Assembly: GCA_963740315.1 (NCBI GenBank)
Contig: CAVUDP010000002.1
Span: forward strand, 2,304,001-2,368,000
DNA length: 64,000 bases
From: an uncultured cyanobacterium
GTDB lineage: Bacteria; Cyanobacteriota; Cyanobacteriia; Cyanobacteriales; Nostocaceae
Direction of reading: 5' to 3'
The stretch's first letter is position 1. Each line of letters starts with the position of its first letter. The translations under genes were made by a program, and so were the position numbers. Under the pieces are notes generated by a model. It did not search any database. It had not been told where the DNA came from and was given only the letters and a program-made list of their open reading frames with translations. This document shows positions 38,380 to 48,600 of the stretch, piece after piece.

Positions 38380-38434
38380 CGCTTATTACTCCGGGTAAAG
38401 CACGCATCAGTATTGTAACCAATTGTTACGCTTT

Positions 38435-38685
38435 GTGAACAGTGAACAGTGAACAGTGAACAGTGAACAGTTACCAGTTATTAGTTATGAGTAAGGAGTT
38501 AAGAATATTTCTCCTCTTCCCCCTCTCCCCATCTCCCCCTCTCCCCATCTCCCCCTCTCCCCATCTCCCCCTCTCCCCATCTCCCCCTCTCCCCATCTCC
38601 CCCTCTCCCCATCTCCCCCTCTCCCCATCTCCCCATCTCCCCATCTCCCCATCTCCCCCTCTCCCCCTCTCCCCCTCTCCCCATC
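38435..38685. repeat. Long STRR array ((GTGAACA)n, then (CCCC[AC]TCT) about 20 times)
   Basis: Direct reading. Confidence 0.92.
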
Positions 38686-40510
38686 ACCGATACCCCTGCG
38701 CTTGCAAGGAAAACAGCGTCGCATATCTCCCGTTTGCTTGCAATAACTCTTCGTGGGTTCCAGTTTCCAAAACTTCACCTTGTTCGATGACGACGATTTT
38801 GTCAGCCATTCGCACTGTCGAAAAACGGTGAGATATTAAAACCACCATTTTATCTTTGGTTAAGTTGCGAAAACGGTCGAAAATTTCGTATTCTGCTTGA
38901 GCGTCTATTGCCGAAGTCGGCTCATCTAATACCAGAATATCGGCGCTATTTCGCATAAAAGCACGAGAAAGGGCTATTTTCTGCCATTGTCCGCCGGAAA
39001 GCTCTTGTCCTGACTTAAACCAGCGTCCTAATTGTGTTGTAAAACCATCTGGTAATCGTTCGATAAAAGGTTGTGCCATTCCTTTTTCCGCAGCGATTTC
39101 CCATGCTTTTTCATCTTCTAATTTTTCCACATCGCCAACGCCGATATTTTCACCGACGGTAAACTGATAGCGAACGAAATTTTGAAAAATTACCCCTATT
39201 CGCCGCCGCAATGCATCTAAATCCCACTCTTCTAAGTTCAATCCATCTAATAAAATTCTTCCCGATTCTGGAGTGTAAAGTCGGGTAAGCAATTTAATTA
39301 AAGTTGTCTTTCCCGAACCGTTTTCACCGACAATTGCTAGTTTTTCACCCGGTTTCAAGTGCAGCGAAATATTTTTTAAAGCTGGTTTTGTACTTCCGGG
39401 ATAGGTAAAAGAAACGTTTTCAAAACGAATTCCATCTTGTGGATTTGTACCTTTTGTAGCCCTACCATATCTTATTGGTACTTCTTCTTCCAAAAATTCG
39501 TAAAGATTGGAGAGATACAGGTTATCTTCATACATTCCACCAATGGAAGTTAGCGCACTTGCAAAAGTGGTTTGTCCCTGACGAAATACGGTAAGATACA
39601 TCGTCATATCTCCTAAAGAAATCCTACCCGCAAACGTTTCTACCACAATCCACCCATAAGCAAGGTAGAAAGTTGCAGTACTCAATAAACCTAATAAATA
39701 ACTCCAAAAACCGCGCTTGATTGTTAAATCCCTATCTTCACCGTAAAGTTGATCGAATAGGCTGCGATATCTTCCTAATAACATTTCGCCAAGTTGATAA
39801 AGCTTCACCTCCTTGGCAAAATCTTCCCTAGCAACCAGCGTCTCTAAATATCGCTGCTGACGGGTTTCCGGGGCACGCCAGCGAAATAACCGAAAAGCTT
39901 GTCCGGCGAAGCGTGTCTCCGCAATAAAAGCAGGCACGGCAGCTAAAATTAATACTAATACAGCCCACGCAGAAAAGCTTATCAACAAAGCGCCGTAAGT
40001 AATTAGAGATAAAGCACTTTGCACCAAACCGAAAGTACGGTTAACTAAAGAAAGCGGACGGCTAGAAGCTTCCTGCCGTGCATTGGTCATTTTATCGTAG
40101 AATTCCGAATCCTCAAATTGACTCAATTCCAACGTCAGCGCTTTTTCGATAATCAGTACATTTACTCTTTGTCCAAGTAATACTCTTAACAGCGACTGAG
40201 CAATACTAAGTCCGCGCTGACTACCTGCGAGTAAAGCCACAGCAATTGCTTCAAATCCCACGTACATTAAAGGAAGAGAAGTGTTGAGATTATCTTGTAA
40301 AGTTGAATTTCGGGTTGCGACAACAGCATCGACAATTAACTTACCAATATAGGCAACAGCAGCCGGTAAAAGCCCAGCAACTAAAGTTAAAATTGCCAGA
40401 ATAATAGTAAGAGTGTGGCTAGTAGTCCAAACTAAATTTACAGCTCGTCCGCTGTAGCGAAACACAGCGAAAGATTGGCGTAGATTGTTACGTATTTTGC
40501 TTATCCTCAT
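38684..40510 (-). CDS. ABC transporter, fused permease/ATP-binding protein
   Basis: TM domain; [26 protein letters not shown]. Confidence 0.95.
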   Translation of the reverse strand: MRISKIRNNLRQSFAVFRYSGRAVNLVWTTSHTLTIILAILTLVAGLLPAAVAYIGKLIVDAVVATRNSTLQDNLNTSLPLMYVGFEAIAVALLAGSQRGLSIAQSLLRVLLGQRVNVLIIEKALTLELSQFEDSEFYDKMTNARQEASSRPLSLVNRTFGLVQSALSLITYGALLISFSAWAVLVLILAAVPAFIAETRFAGQAFRLFRWRAPETRQQRYLETLVAREDFAKEVKLYQLGEMLLGRYRSLFDQLYGEDRDLTIKRGFWSYLLGLLSTATFYLAYGWIVVETFAGRISLGDMTMYLTVFRQGQTTFASALTSIGGMYEDNLYLSNLYEFLEEEVPIRYGRATKGTNPQDGIRFENVSFTYPGSTKPALKNISLHLKPGEKLAIVGENGSGKTTLIKLLTRLYTPESGRILLDGLNLEEWDLDALRRRIGVIFQNFVRYQFTVGENIGVGDVEKLEDEKAWEIAAEKGMAQPFIERLPDGFTTQLGRWFKSGQELSGGQWQKIALSRAFMRNSADILVLDEPTSAIDAQAEYEIFDRFRNLTKDKMVVLISHRFSTVRMADKIVVIEQGEVLETGTHEELLQANGRYATLFSLQAQGYR

Positions 40511-41028
40511 TAATCTGAATATAGCGTAAAATTAATGGCGATCGCTCGAAAAGGTAAAGGAAGATTTATTAACCTTACTAGACGCGGAGGGCGCTGAGGA
40601 AGAGAAGAGAGAGGTTTATTAAGCTTTTTATTTGGATAAATTAATTTTTGACGGGTTACAAGTAAGGGAATACTTAATACACCAAGCAGCATTACAATAA
40701 TACTCAAAAACCAAATAAATACACGGCTTGGGCGATAATCTGCTCGTTCAATTTGCCGAAATACTCGATTGTAACGCCAAGCTGCTAAAGCAATAACTAT
40801 AATACCAACAATTACCAAACTTAAACCTAAATTTTCTGAATTGAATATAGGATTATTTTCTACTGTTTGTGGAGCAGTTGTAGTTTGTAATTGACGTAAA
40901 AATAAACTAAATCTAGCAATAGCTAAACCGAAGCCTATTAAAGAAATTGATGTTCGCAACCAAGCTAAAAAAGTGCGTTCGTTCGCTAAATGTTCTCTAA
41001 GGCGACTGTCTCTATTTTGGTTCGCCAT
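40510..41028 (-). CDS. YidH/DUF202 family membrane protein
   Basis: REHLANERTFLAWLRT; stop overlaps the ABC gene start (TAATG). Confidence 0.9.
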   Translation of the reverse strand: MANQNRDSRLREHLANERTFLAWLRTSISLIGFGLAIARFSLFLRQLQTTTAPQTVENNPIFNSENLGLSLVIVGIIVIALAAWRYNRVFRQIERADYRPSRVFIWFLSIIVMLLGVLSIPLLVTRQKLIYPNKKLNKPLSSLPQRPPRLVRLINLPLPFRAIAINFTLYSD

Positions 41029-41087
41029 TATTAAGTATAAATTACTGAATATTTTCTAATTAATTTTACATTGATAAAGACATAAAA

Positions 41088-41138
41088 GTTCGTAGCAAAG
41101 GCTTAAGCCCTTAGAAAACTAAAGTTTTACTACGAACC
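41088..41138. repeat. GTTCGTAG...CTACGAAC REP-like inverted repeat
   Basis: 8-bp terminal inverted repeat; related right end near 29020-29042. Confidence 0.6.
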
Positions 41139-41224
41139 TTAATTAAAAAAGTGAGTTAAATAGATTTAAGTTATCGGTGACTGTAAAATGAAGTTATTAA
41201 GCTTGAATCGGGAGAGTTTTAAAC

Positions 41225-41569
41225 ATGAGCGATCGACTTCACATAAGAGTACCTCGTGGTAAAAGAATTTTTGAAGTACTCGAAGAACACGGGAAGTATA
41301 AGCGTCCTCAGCTTAGTGAGGAAGAGAAAGCCAGAGCAAAAGCGGAAAAAGAAGAATTTTCTCGGCGCTGTAGACAGATTTTTGAGCGACTAAGCCCCGA
41401 TTTAATTAAAAATCATTATAACTGGTACATTCATATTGAGCCAAAAAGCGGAGAATACTTTATTGATTCAGACGAAGAAGTTAGCTTTCAGAAAGCGAAA
41501 GATAAACACCCGAATGCTGTACTGATGGCAATGCGTCTGAACGAAACCGGGGCTGTTGGTAGAATATGA
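41225..41569 (+). CDS. Hypothetical protein (DUF5678-like C-terminal half)
   Basis: HYNWYIHIEPKSGEYFID..KAKDKHP; GGAG RBS; ATGA overlap with the next gene. Confidence 0.75.
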   Translation: MSDRLHIRVPRGKRIFEVLEEHGKYKRPQLSEEEKARAKAEKEEFSRRCRQIFERLSPDLIKNHYNWYIHIEPKSGEYFIDSDEEVSFQKAKDKHPNAVLMAMRLNETGAVGRI

Positions 41570-41946
41570 TTCATGGCTATTTTGACGAACGAGGAAAACT
41601 GTATTTTGACTTAGATTTGGTAGCTGTTGATGGTTCATTTCTTACAGCGAATGCGTTGTTAGATACCGGATTTACCGATTGGCTGGCAATGGATATTCAA
41701 GATTTGGAAAGTTTGGATTGGTCATTTATTAAAAAAGAAACAAGACAAACAGCACGAGGGTTAGCTGAATTTTCCCTTTATCAAGGTACTGTAATATTTG
41801 ATAATCAAGAATTGACCATTCCTGTATTAGGTGGTGAAGATATTAGCGAAATATTAATCGGTTTACCTTGGTTAGAAAACAGACGTTTGGTAGTAGATAG
41901 AAAAGCAAACCTGTTAACAATGAACAACGCTCCAACTAACCACTAA
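41566..41946 (+). CDS. Clan AA (retropepsin-like) aspartic protease
   Basis: ALLDTGFT catalytic motif and ILIGLPWL psi-loop motif. Confidence 0.88.
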   Translation: MIHGYFDERGKLYFDLDLVAVDGSFLTANALLDTGFTDWLAMDIQDLESLDWSFIKKETRQTARGLAEFSLYQGTVIFDNQELTIPVLGGEDISEILIGLPWLENRRLVVDRKANLLTMNNAPTNH

Positions 41947-41966
41947 CAACTAACAACTAATTCGTG

Positions 41967-42797
41967 ATGTTTATTCGTAAAAATTTATCTTTACCCGATA
42001 TTCAACTTTCTTACTTGGAATGGAATCAAGGAAAAGAACCTTTATTATTACTCCACGGTTTAGCTGACAATGCCCTTGTTTGGTCAAGTTTAGGCGATCG
42101 CTTAGCAGCAGATTATCATATAATTGCCCCAGATATGCGCGGTCATGGTGAAAGCAGCAAACCAGATTCCGACTATACGTTTACAAGTGCGATCGCTGAT
42201 TTAGAAGCTTTGATGGATAGTTTAGGATGGAAAAACGCTCATGTTATCGGACATTCTTGGAGCGGTAAATTAGCCTGCATTTGGGCAACCAAGAATCCGC
42301 AACGTTTGAAAAGCATGGTATTAATAGATCCGATTTTTATCTGGAAAATGCCCGATTTTTTCAAGTTAACTTTTCCAATTTTATACCGTGTTTTACCGTT
42401 TCTTAAGGGAATGGGACCTTTTGATAGTTACGAATCAGCAGAAACACAAGCACAGAAGTTAAATCAATATCAAGATTGGACACCTTTACAACAACAAGTT
42501 TTTCAAGCCAGTATCGAAGAAAAAGGCGATCGCACTTGGGGAAGTAAATTCACTATAGCTGCACGAGACGGTATTTTTGATGAAGTGATGCGCGTACCCG
42601 GTTTGACAGAGCCGGTGAATATTCCGACTCTCTTCGTACAGCCAGAAAAAGGAGTTAATCGTCAAAATTGGCAATTAAAACCTTACAAAACCTATTTAAA
42701 AAACTTGCAGATATCCCAATTACCCGGAAATCATTGGTGTTTCATGACGCAACCGGAAGCATTTAATCAGAAAATTGCAGATTTTTTAAAGAGTTAG
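41967..42797 (+). CDS. Alpha/beta-fold hydrolase
   Basis: LLHGL, PDMRGHGES, GHSWSG nucleophile elbow, C-terminal GNH. Confidence 0.92.
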   Translation: MFIRKNLSLPDIQLSYLEWNQGKEPLLLLHGLADNALVWSSLGDRLAADYHIIAPDMRGHGESSKPDSDYTFTSAIADLEALMDSLGWKNAHVIGHSWSGKLACIWATKNPQRLKSMVLIDPIFIWKMPDFFKLTFPILYRVLPFLKGMGPFDSYESAETQAQKLNQYQDWTPLQQQVFQASIEEKGDRTWGSKFTIAARDGIFDEVMRVPGLTEPVNIPTLFVQPEKGVNRQNWQLKPYKTYLKNLQISQLPGNHWCFMTQPEAFNQKIADFLKS

Positions 42798-42957
42798 GAA
42801 TGAGGAGTTAGCAGTGAATAATTATGAATGTTCACCGTAGGTGCGGCTCAATGTCGGGAGACGTAAAATAATAGTCTCTACAACTCGTCGGAATAGCATA
42901 ATAAATAACAAAGATATTTTGCTTACTGTTCACTGTTCACTGTTTACTGATAACTGA

Positions 42958-43746
42958 TTACGCTCCCATACCGGAATACTTTTTCAAACCTTGTCTCCAC
43001 ATAATTCTATTGATTCCTAAAAATAGAATAAACCAGCCTGTTGTTGCTAAAAATCCTCTGGGGATATCGGCTGGTAAGCCTACTAAAATACTAACGGGAA
43101 AGTTAATTAAGTAAGGGAATGGTGTTAGTAATACTATCTGTCTAACCTGTTCGGGGAATACTTCTAATGGTGCGATCGTTCCTGATAAAAATAGATAGAA
43201 TAAAAACCAAAAATCGTGTAAAGCATATGCTCTTTCCGTCCAAAATGCGAACATAGCAAAGGTGTATTGAATAATGAAGCGCAGAGCAAAAGCCATTGCT
43301 GAAGCTAGAAAAAATAATATTATTTGAGTGAAGCTTGGTACCCAAAAAGCTTGGGGATAAAGTACAAAAAAGAGAATTATCAAAAATATTGCGAAGGGTG
43401 TGCGAGCAACTCTTTCAGAAAGGTGAGACGATACGTGATACCATACTGGGTCTAAAGGTTGCAACAAACGGGGTGAAAGTTTTCCTTCTACAACTTCTTT
43501 TTCAAATTCCCAGATTACCCAAACAACTGTTAACTGTCGAACTAAAAATACTGCCAGAAAATAACGAGCAAATTGCGTTGCAGATAAACCGAATTGTCCA
43601 CCTTGTGCTGCTTCCGTCCAAACTCCCATCATGATGATAGGTAGCGAACCCGTCAACACCCATAAAATTAATTCGGCGCGATATTCCACCATGTAGGCGT
43701 AGTATACCGTGAGTAGAGTAACGGCTTTTCTGATAATGCTTTTCAT
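42958..43746 (-). CDS. ABC-2 type transporter permease (DUF990-like)
   Basis: EYRAEL, EGKLSPRLLQP, FLSGTIAPL..FP, YSGMGA end; multiple TM helices. Confidence 0.88.
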   Translation of the reverse strand: MKSIIRKAVTLLTVYYAYMVEYRAELILWVLTGSLPIIMMGVWTEAAQGGQFGLSATQFARYFLAVFLVRQLTVVWVIWEFEKEVVEGKLSPRLLQPLDPVWYHVSSHLSERVARTPFAIFLIILFFVLYPQAFWVPSFTQIILFFLASAMAFALRFIIQYTFAMFAFWTERAYALHDFWFLFYLFLSGTIAPLEVFPEQVRQIVLLTPFPYLINFPVSILVGLPADIPRGFLATTGWFILFLGINRIMWRQGLKKYSGMGA

Positions 43747-43849
43747 AATTTTGTTAGTTGTTAGTTATTAGTTACTCCCCCCAACCCTATTCCCTGTTCC
43801 CTATCTAAAGTACGGAATCGCAAAATTATTTTACTACAAATGGATAATC

Positions 43850-43883
43850 AAAAAAAACCCGGTTTCCTTGAGAAACCAGGTTT
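43850..43883 (-). terminator. Hairpin plus T tract downstream of the PLP enzyme gene
   Basis: AAAAAAAACCCGGTTTC-CTTGA-GAAACCAGGTTT. Confidence 0.55.
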
Positions 43884-43925
43884 ATAGAAAAATTTGCTAA
43901 ATTTCAATCATTAAGAACCTTGAAT

Positions 43926-45221
43926 TTACTGCCATACAGGATAAATAGATGAATCAAATATCTCATACTTTATCGCTAGCTCGTAAAGGGTATCAACTGT
44001 TTTATCGATCTGCGCTTTTGTATGAGAAGCACTTAAGATAAATCGAATTCTTCCTTCGTGTGGTTTAACTGCTGGATAAATAATACATACCGAAAATATT
44101 CCCCGTTCAAAAAGTTCTTTGTTAAAAGAGAATAGCTTATTTTTATCTGAAATAAATACGGGAATAATTGGACTTTGGCTCGCGCCTAAATCGAAACCAA
44201 GATGAGTTAATTTGTCTCTCATATATCTATTATTTTCGTGAAGAGACTCAACTAATTGAGGATTATTTTCAATCTCTTCTAAACAACCTAAAACTGCTGC
44301 GGCATCTCCAGGAGGTAAACAAGCTTGAAATGTATATGTATTGGCACGCCATTGAAGTAAAGGTATATACTTTGCTTTTGCGGCAACAAACCCACCAATA
44401 GAAGCTGTAGCTTTTGATAAAGTTGCCACAATAAAATCAACTTGTTCTGTAATGCCTAATTCATTACAGTAACCCGCTCCATTTTTTCCATAAAAACCAA
44501 AAGTATGAGCTTCATCGACATAAAGCAAAAATTTGTGCTTTTGCTTTAATTCAACGATTTCTTTTAAAGGTGCTAAATCACCGCTCATTGAATAAGCAGA
44601 TTCAACAACAACAAAAAGATTTTCGTATTTCTTACTATATTTTTCTAACTTTTTATCTAAGTCTTGTAAATCATTATGCTTAAAAGATATCCACTTTTTC
44701 CCAGATAACTTTACTCCATCAATCAAAGAAGCATGACTTTCTCTATCAAATATAATTAAATCGTTTTTTCTTGGTAAAGCTGACAAGCAACCCATATTTG
44801 CCGTATAACCTGTGGGAAAAAGCAGTACGCTTTCTTTACCCACTAAGTTTTTCAATTTCTGCTCGACTTGCTTGTGTAGCTTAGACATTCCCCCTGAAAG
44901 CGCAGAGGTGCCGCTACCCGTTCCGTATTCCTGTACCGCTTTGCAAACTTTGTCAATTACATTTTGATTTCTATTCAATCCTAAATAGTGATTTATGCAC
45001 CACAAAATACATTCTTGTGCAGGTGTATTAGCATCTGAAATAACATTAGTTTGAACATCGCTTCCAGATTGCGTATATCTACCATGAGAATACAAGCCAA
45101 GTCCAATTTGACGATTTTGATGATCGTATAAATGTTCGGCTATTGTTTCTATATCAGTAATTCCTTCATTTTCCAACTGTCTCATATAACCGACAAGTGG
45201 AGTGGAAATTTCGTTTGTCAT
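43926..45221 (-). CDS. Alpha-oxoamine synthase family PLP enzyme (BioF/KBL/SPT/CqsA fold), substrate unknown
   Basis: NHYLGL, FPTGYTAN, SHASLIDG, ESAYSMSGD, VDEAH, TLSK (PLP lysine), RIRF. Confidence 0.9.
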   Translation of the reverse strand: MTNEISTPLVGYMRQLENEGITDIETIAEHLYDHQNRQIGLGLYSHGRYTQSGSDVQTNVISDANTPAQECILWCINHYLGLNRNQNVIDKVCKAVQEYGTGSGTSALSGGMSKLHKQVEQKLKNLVGKESVLLFPTGYTANMGCLSALPRKNDLIIFDRESHASLIDGVKLSGKKWISFKHNDLQDLDKKLEKYSKKYENLFVVVESAYSMSGDLAPLKEIVELKQKHKFLLYVDEAHTFGFYGKNGAGYCNELGITEQVDFIVATLSKATASIGGFVAAKAKYIPLLQWRANTYTFQACLPPGDAAAVLGCLEEIENNPQLVESLHENNRYMRDKLTHLGFDLGASQSPIIPVFISDKNKLFSFNKELFERGIFSVCIIYPAVKPHEGRIRFILSASHTKAQIDKTVDTLYELAIKYEIFDSSIYPVWQ

Positions 45222-45609
45222 AAAATCGATAGATAGTTAATTAGTTTATAAATTCCGATTAATTTAAATTTAATCCCTTTTCATAAATTCAATACAGATA
45301 GAAAATACGGAATTATGTTTATTTTTTTGTTGAAGCAAAATATTTAAATTTTTCTATAGTTTAGTATATAAATATACATTAAATGGGCGCTTCATTTTAG
45401 AATATATCTTTTGAAAGCATTGATATGAAAAGGTTTTATGAATAAAACCAGTACGCTGAAACTCAAGTTGTCAATGATTAGTGTTATATTTAACTTTATC
45501 TTTGCAACATATACTTCATGTAATTTATCAATATTCTCTCAGTGTTACAAATAGCGTTGATTGGGGAATACTAAAAACAAAGCTAGAAGACAGTATTGGG
45601 TGAATTGAT

Positions 45610-48600
45610 ATGGCATCTCCAACAGTTAAACTTCCAGGGTATAAGATTGAAGAAGAAATCTACACAAGTGCCAGAACGCTTGTATTTCAAGGACAAAGAG
45701 AATCAGATCGAGCATCGGTAATCATCAAAGTGATGCGAGATGATTTTCCTAGCTTCAACGAGCTTGTGCTGTTCCGAAATCAGTATATTGTCACTAAGAA
45801 TCTTAACTTAAATGGTATTGTCAAGCCATTTTCCTTAGAAACTTACCATAACGGTTATGCCTTAATTATGGAGGATTTTGGGGGAATTTCTCTTCAGCAA
45901 TATTTAACTGTGGGAGAAGCATTGAAAATAATTTCTCTAAATGATTTTCTCAGTATTGCTACTCAAATTGCTGGCATTCTCGATTCACTTCATCGCGATC
46001 GTCTGATTCACAAAGATATCAAACCTGCCAATATCTTGATTCAACCCGACACGAAGCAAGTAAAACTTATAGATTTCAGTATTGCTTCTTTGCTTCCGAG
46101 AGAAACTCAACAGTTGAAAAATCCTAATATTTTGGAAGGAACTTTAGCCTATATTTCCCCCGAACAAACTGGACGAATGAACCGAGGTATAGACTATCGC
46201 ACGGATTTTTATAGTTTAGGTATTACTTATTATGAACTATTAACGGGGAAGCTACCATTTTCAGGAGAAGATCCAATTGAGTTAGTACATTCTCATATTG
46301 CCAAAAAAGCAGAAAATATCAAAGTTCTTAATCCTGAGATTCCCTCGGTATTATCCGATCTTGTTGCCAAATTAATGGCAAAGAATCCAGAAGAACGCTA
46401 TCAAACTGCTTTAGGATTAAAATACGATTTAGAAATATGCGCTCAAGCTTGGAAGGAAACAGGAAATATTCCACCTTTTGAATTAGGAACAAAAGATATT
46501 TCCGACCGTTTTATTATTCCCGAAAAACTGTACGGTAGAGAAGCAGAAGTGGCAACTTTGCTAGCAGCATTTGATAGAGTTGCTGGAGTTGCAGATAATA
46601 TTGATAATCAATCAAAAATTAATTCAAAATCCTCCACGGAAATCGTGCTTGTCACTGGATTTTCAGGTATTGGAAAAACTGCTGTTGTTAATGAAATCCA
46701 TAAACCAATTGTTGAAAAACGCGGTTATTTTATTAAAGGTAAATACGATCAATTTAACCGTCATATACCTTTTTCTGCTTTCTTAGCAGCTTTCCGAGAT
46801 TTGATGAGACAACTTTTAGGGGAAAGTAGCAGTCAACTTCAAGTTTGGAAACTTCAAATTTTGAATGCTTTGGGAGAAAACGGTCAAATAATTATAGATG
46901 TAATTCCAGAGTTAGAACAAATTATAGGCAAACAACCACTACCAATTGAATTATCTGGAAATGAAGCACAAAATCGATTTAATTTATTACTGCAAAAGTT
47001 TATCCAAGTTTTCAGCAGTCACAAACACCCCTTAGTGATTTTTTTGGATGATTTACAATGGGCTGATTCTGCATCACTTAACTTAATCGAATTAATGATG
47101 AGTGAAGCTGATACAGAAAATTTATTGCTCGTGGGTGCATATCGGGATAATGAAGTATCTCGAAGCCATCCCTTAATTAAGACTTTGGAAATTATTCGCT
47201 CAAACAAAGCAACTATCAACACAATTCCTCTATCCCCCTTAGAAAAAACTCACTTAAATAATATAGTTGTTGACACTCTCCAATGTTCCGAAGCCCTGGC
47301 ATTTCCTTTAACAGATTTAATTTATCAAAAAACCCAGGGAAATCCTTTTTTTAGCAATCAATTTATCAAGTCACTATATGAAGATGGTTTTATTACTTTT
47401 AATCATAATAGTGATTCTTCGCATGGTTGGGTGTGCGATATTGCTGCATTGCGAGAATTGGCATTAACTGATGATGTTGTAGAATTTATCGCGCTTCAAC
47501 TGCATAAATTACCCCTGCAAACCCAAAAAGTTCTTCAGCTTGCTGCTTGTATTGGTAATCAATTCGATTTAAATAGTTTATCGATAATCTCGCAGAAATC
47601 TCAGGTAGAAACTGCTGCCGATTTATGGAAAGCTTTACAATTCGGATTAATTTTACCTACTACCGAAGTCTACAAGTTTTATCAATCTGAAGAAATTAAT
47701 AATAATCAAGAATTTACTTTGGGTAGCGAAAAATTATCAGTGCAATACAAATTTTTGCACGATCGCGTACAGCAAGCAGCATATTCTTTAATTCCAGATG
47801 AAGATAAAAAATCGACGCATCTAACAATTGGAAGGTTACTTTTAAAAAACACGTCGGAGGCTGAGAAAGAAGATAAAATATTTGATATTGTAAATCATTT
47901 AAATTATGGAATTGAGTTAATTACTCATCCTTTAGAAAGAGAAACATTAGCGCAACTGAATTTATTAGCTGGTAAAAAAGCAAAAACATCAACTGCTTAT
48001 ACTGCGGCTAGTCAATTTTTATCAATAGGGATGTCTTTACTAAATGAAAATAGCTGGGAGCAACATTACTATTTATCATTTAATTTATATAGGGAAAGAG
48101 CAGAAGCAGAATATTTAAATGGAAACTTTGATGTTTCACAAAAAATTATTAATAAGGCAATATCTCAAGTCAAGACAAATGTAGAAAAGGCAGAATTATA
48201 CATTCTATTAGTTGTACAATATACTTTAGATGGAAAATACTTTGATAGTATCCAAATTGGTAGAGAAGCTTTAAAATTATTAGAAATAAACTTACCTGTT
48301 AGTAATTTTGATACTGAATTACAAGCAGATTTAAAACAAGTTAGCGATTTATTAGATGTTAGAGAAATTTCTTCGCTCTTATGCCTACCTCAGATGCAAG
48401 ATGCTGCAAAAATCATTGCTTGTAAAATATTAATGAATCTCGATCCCCCTACTTATATAGGTCAGGTAGAACTTTATCCGATAGTATCTTTAAAATTAGT
48501 TGCTCTTTCTTTGAAGTACGGAAACATCTCAGAATCTGCAAAAGGTTATTCTAATTACGGTGTTATTCTGGGTTCAATTTTACAAAACTATCAATCTGGT

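Noticed and set aside
43926..45221. Assigning bioF, spt or cqsA
   Set aside because: Family motifs are present but diagnostic residues are divergent; specificity cannot be read from sequence alone
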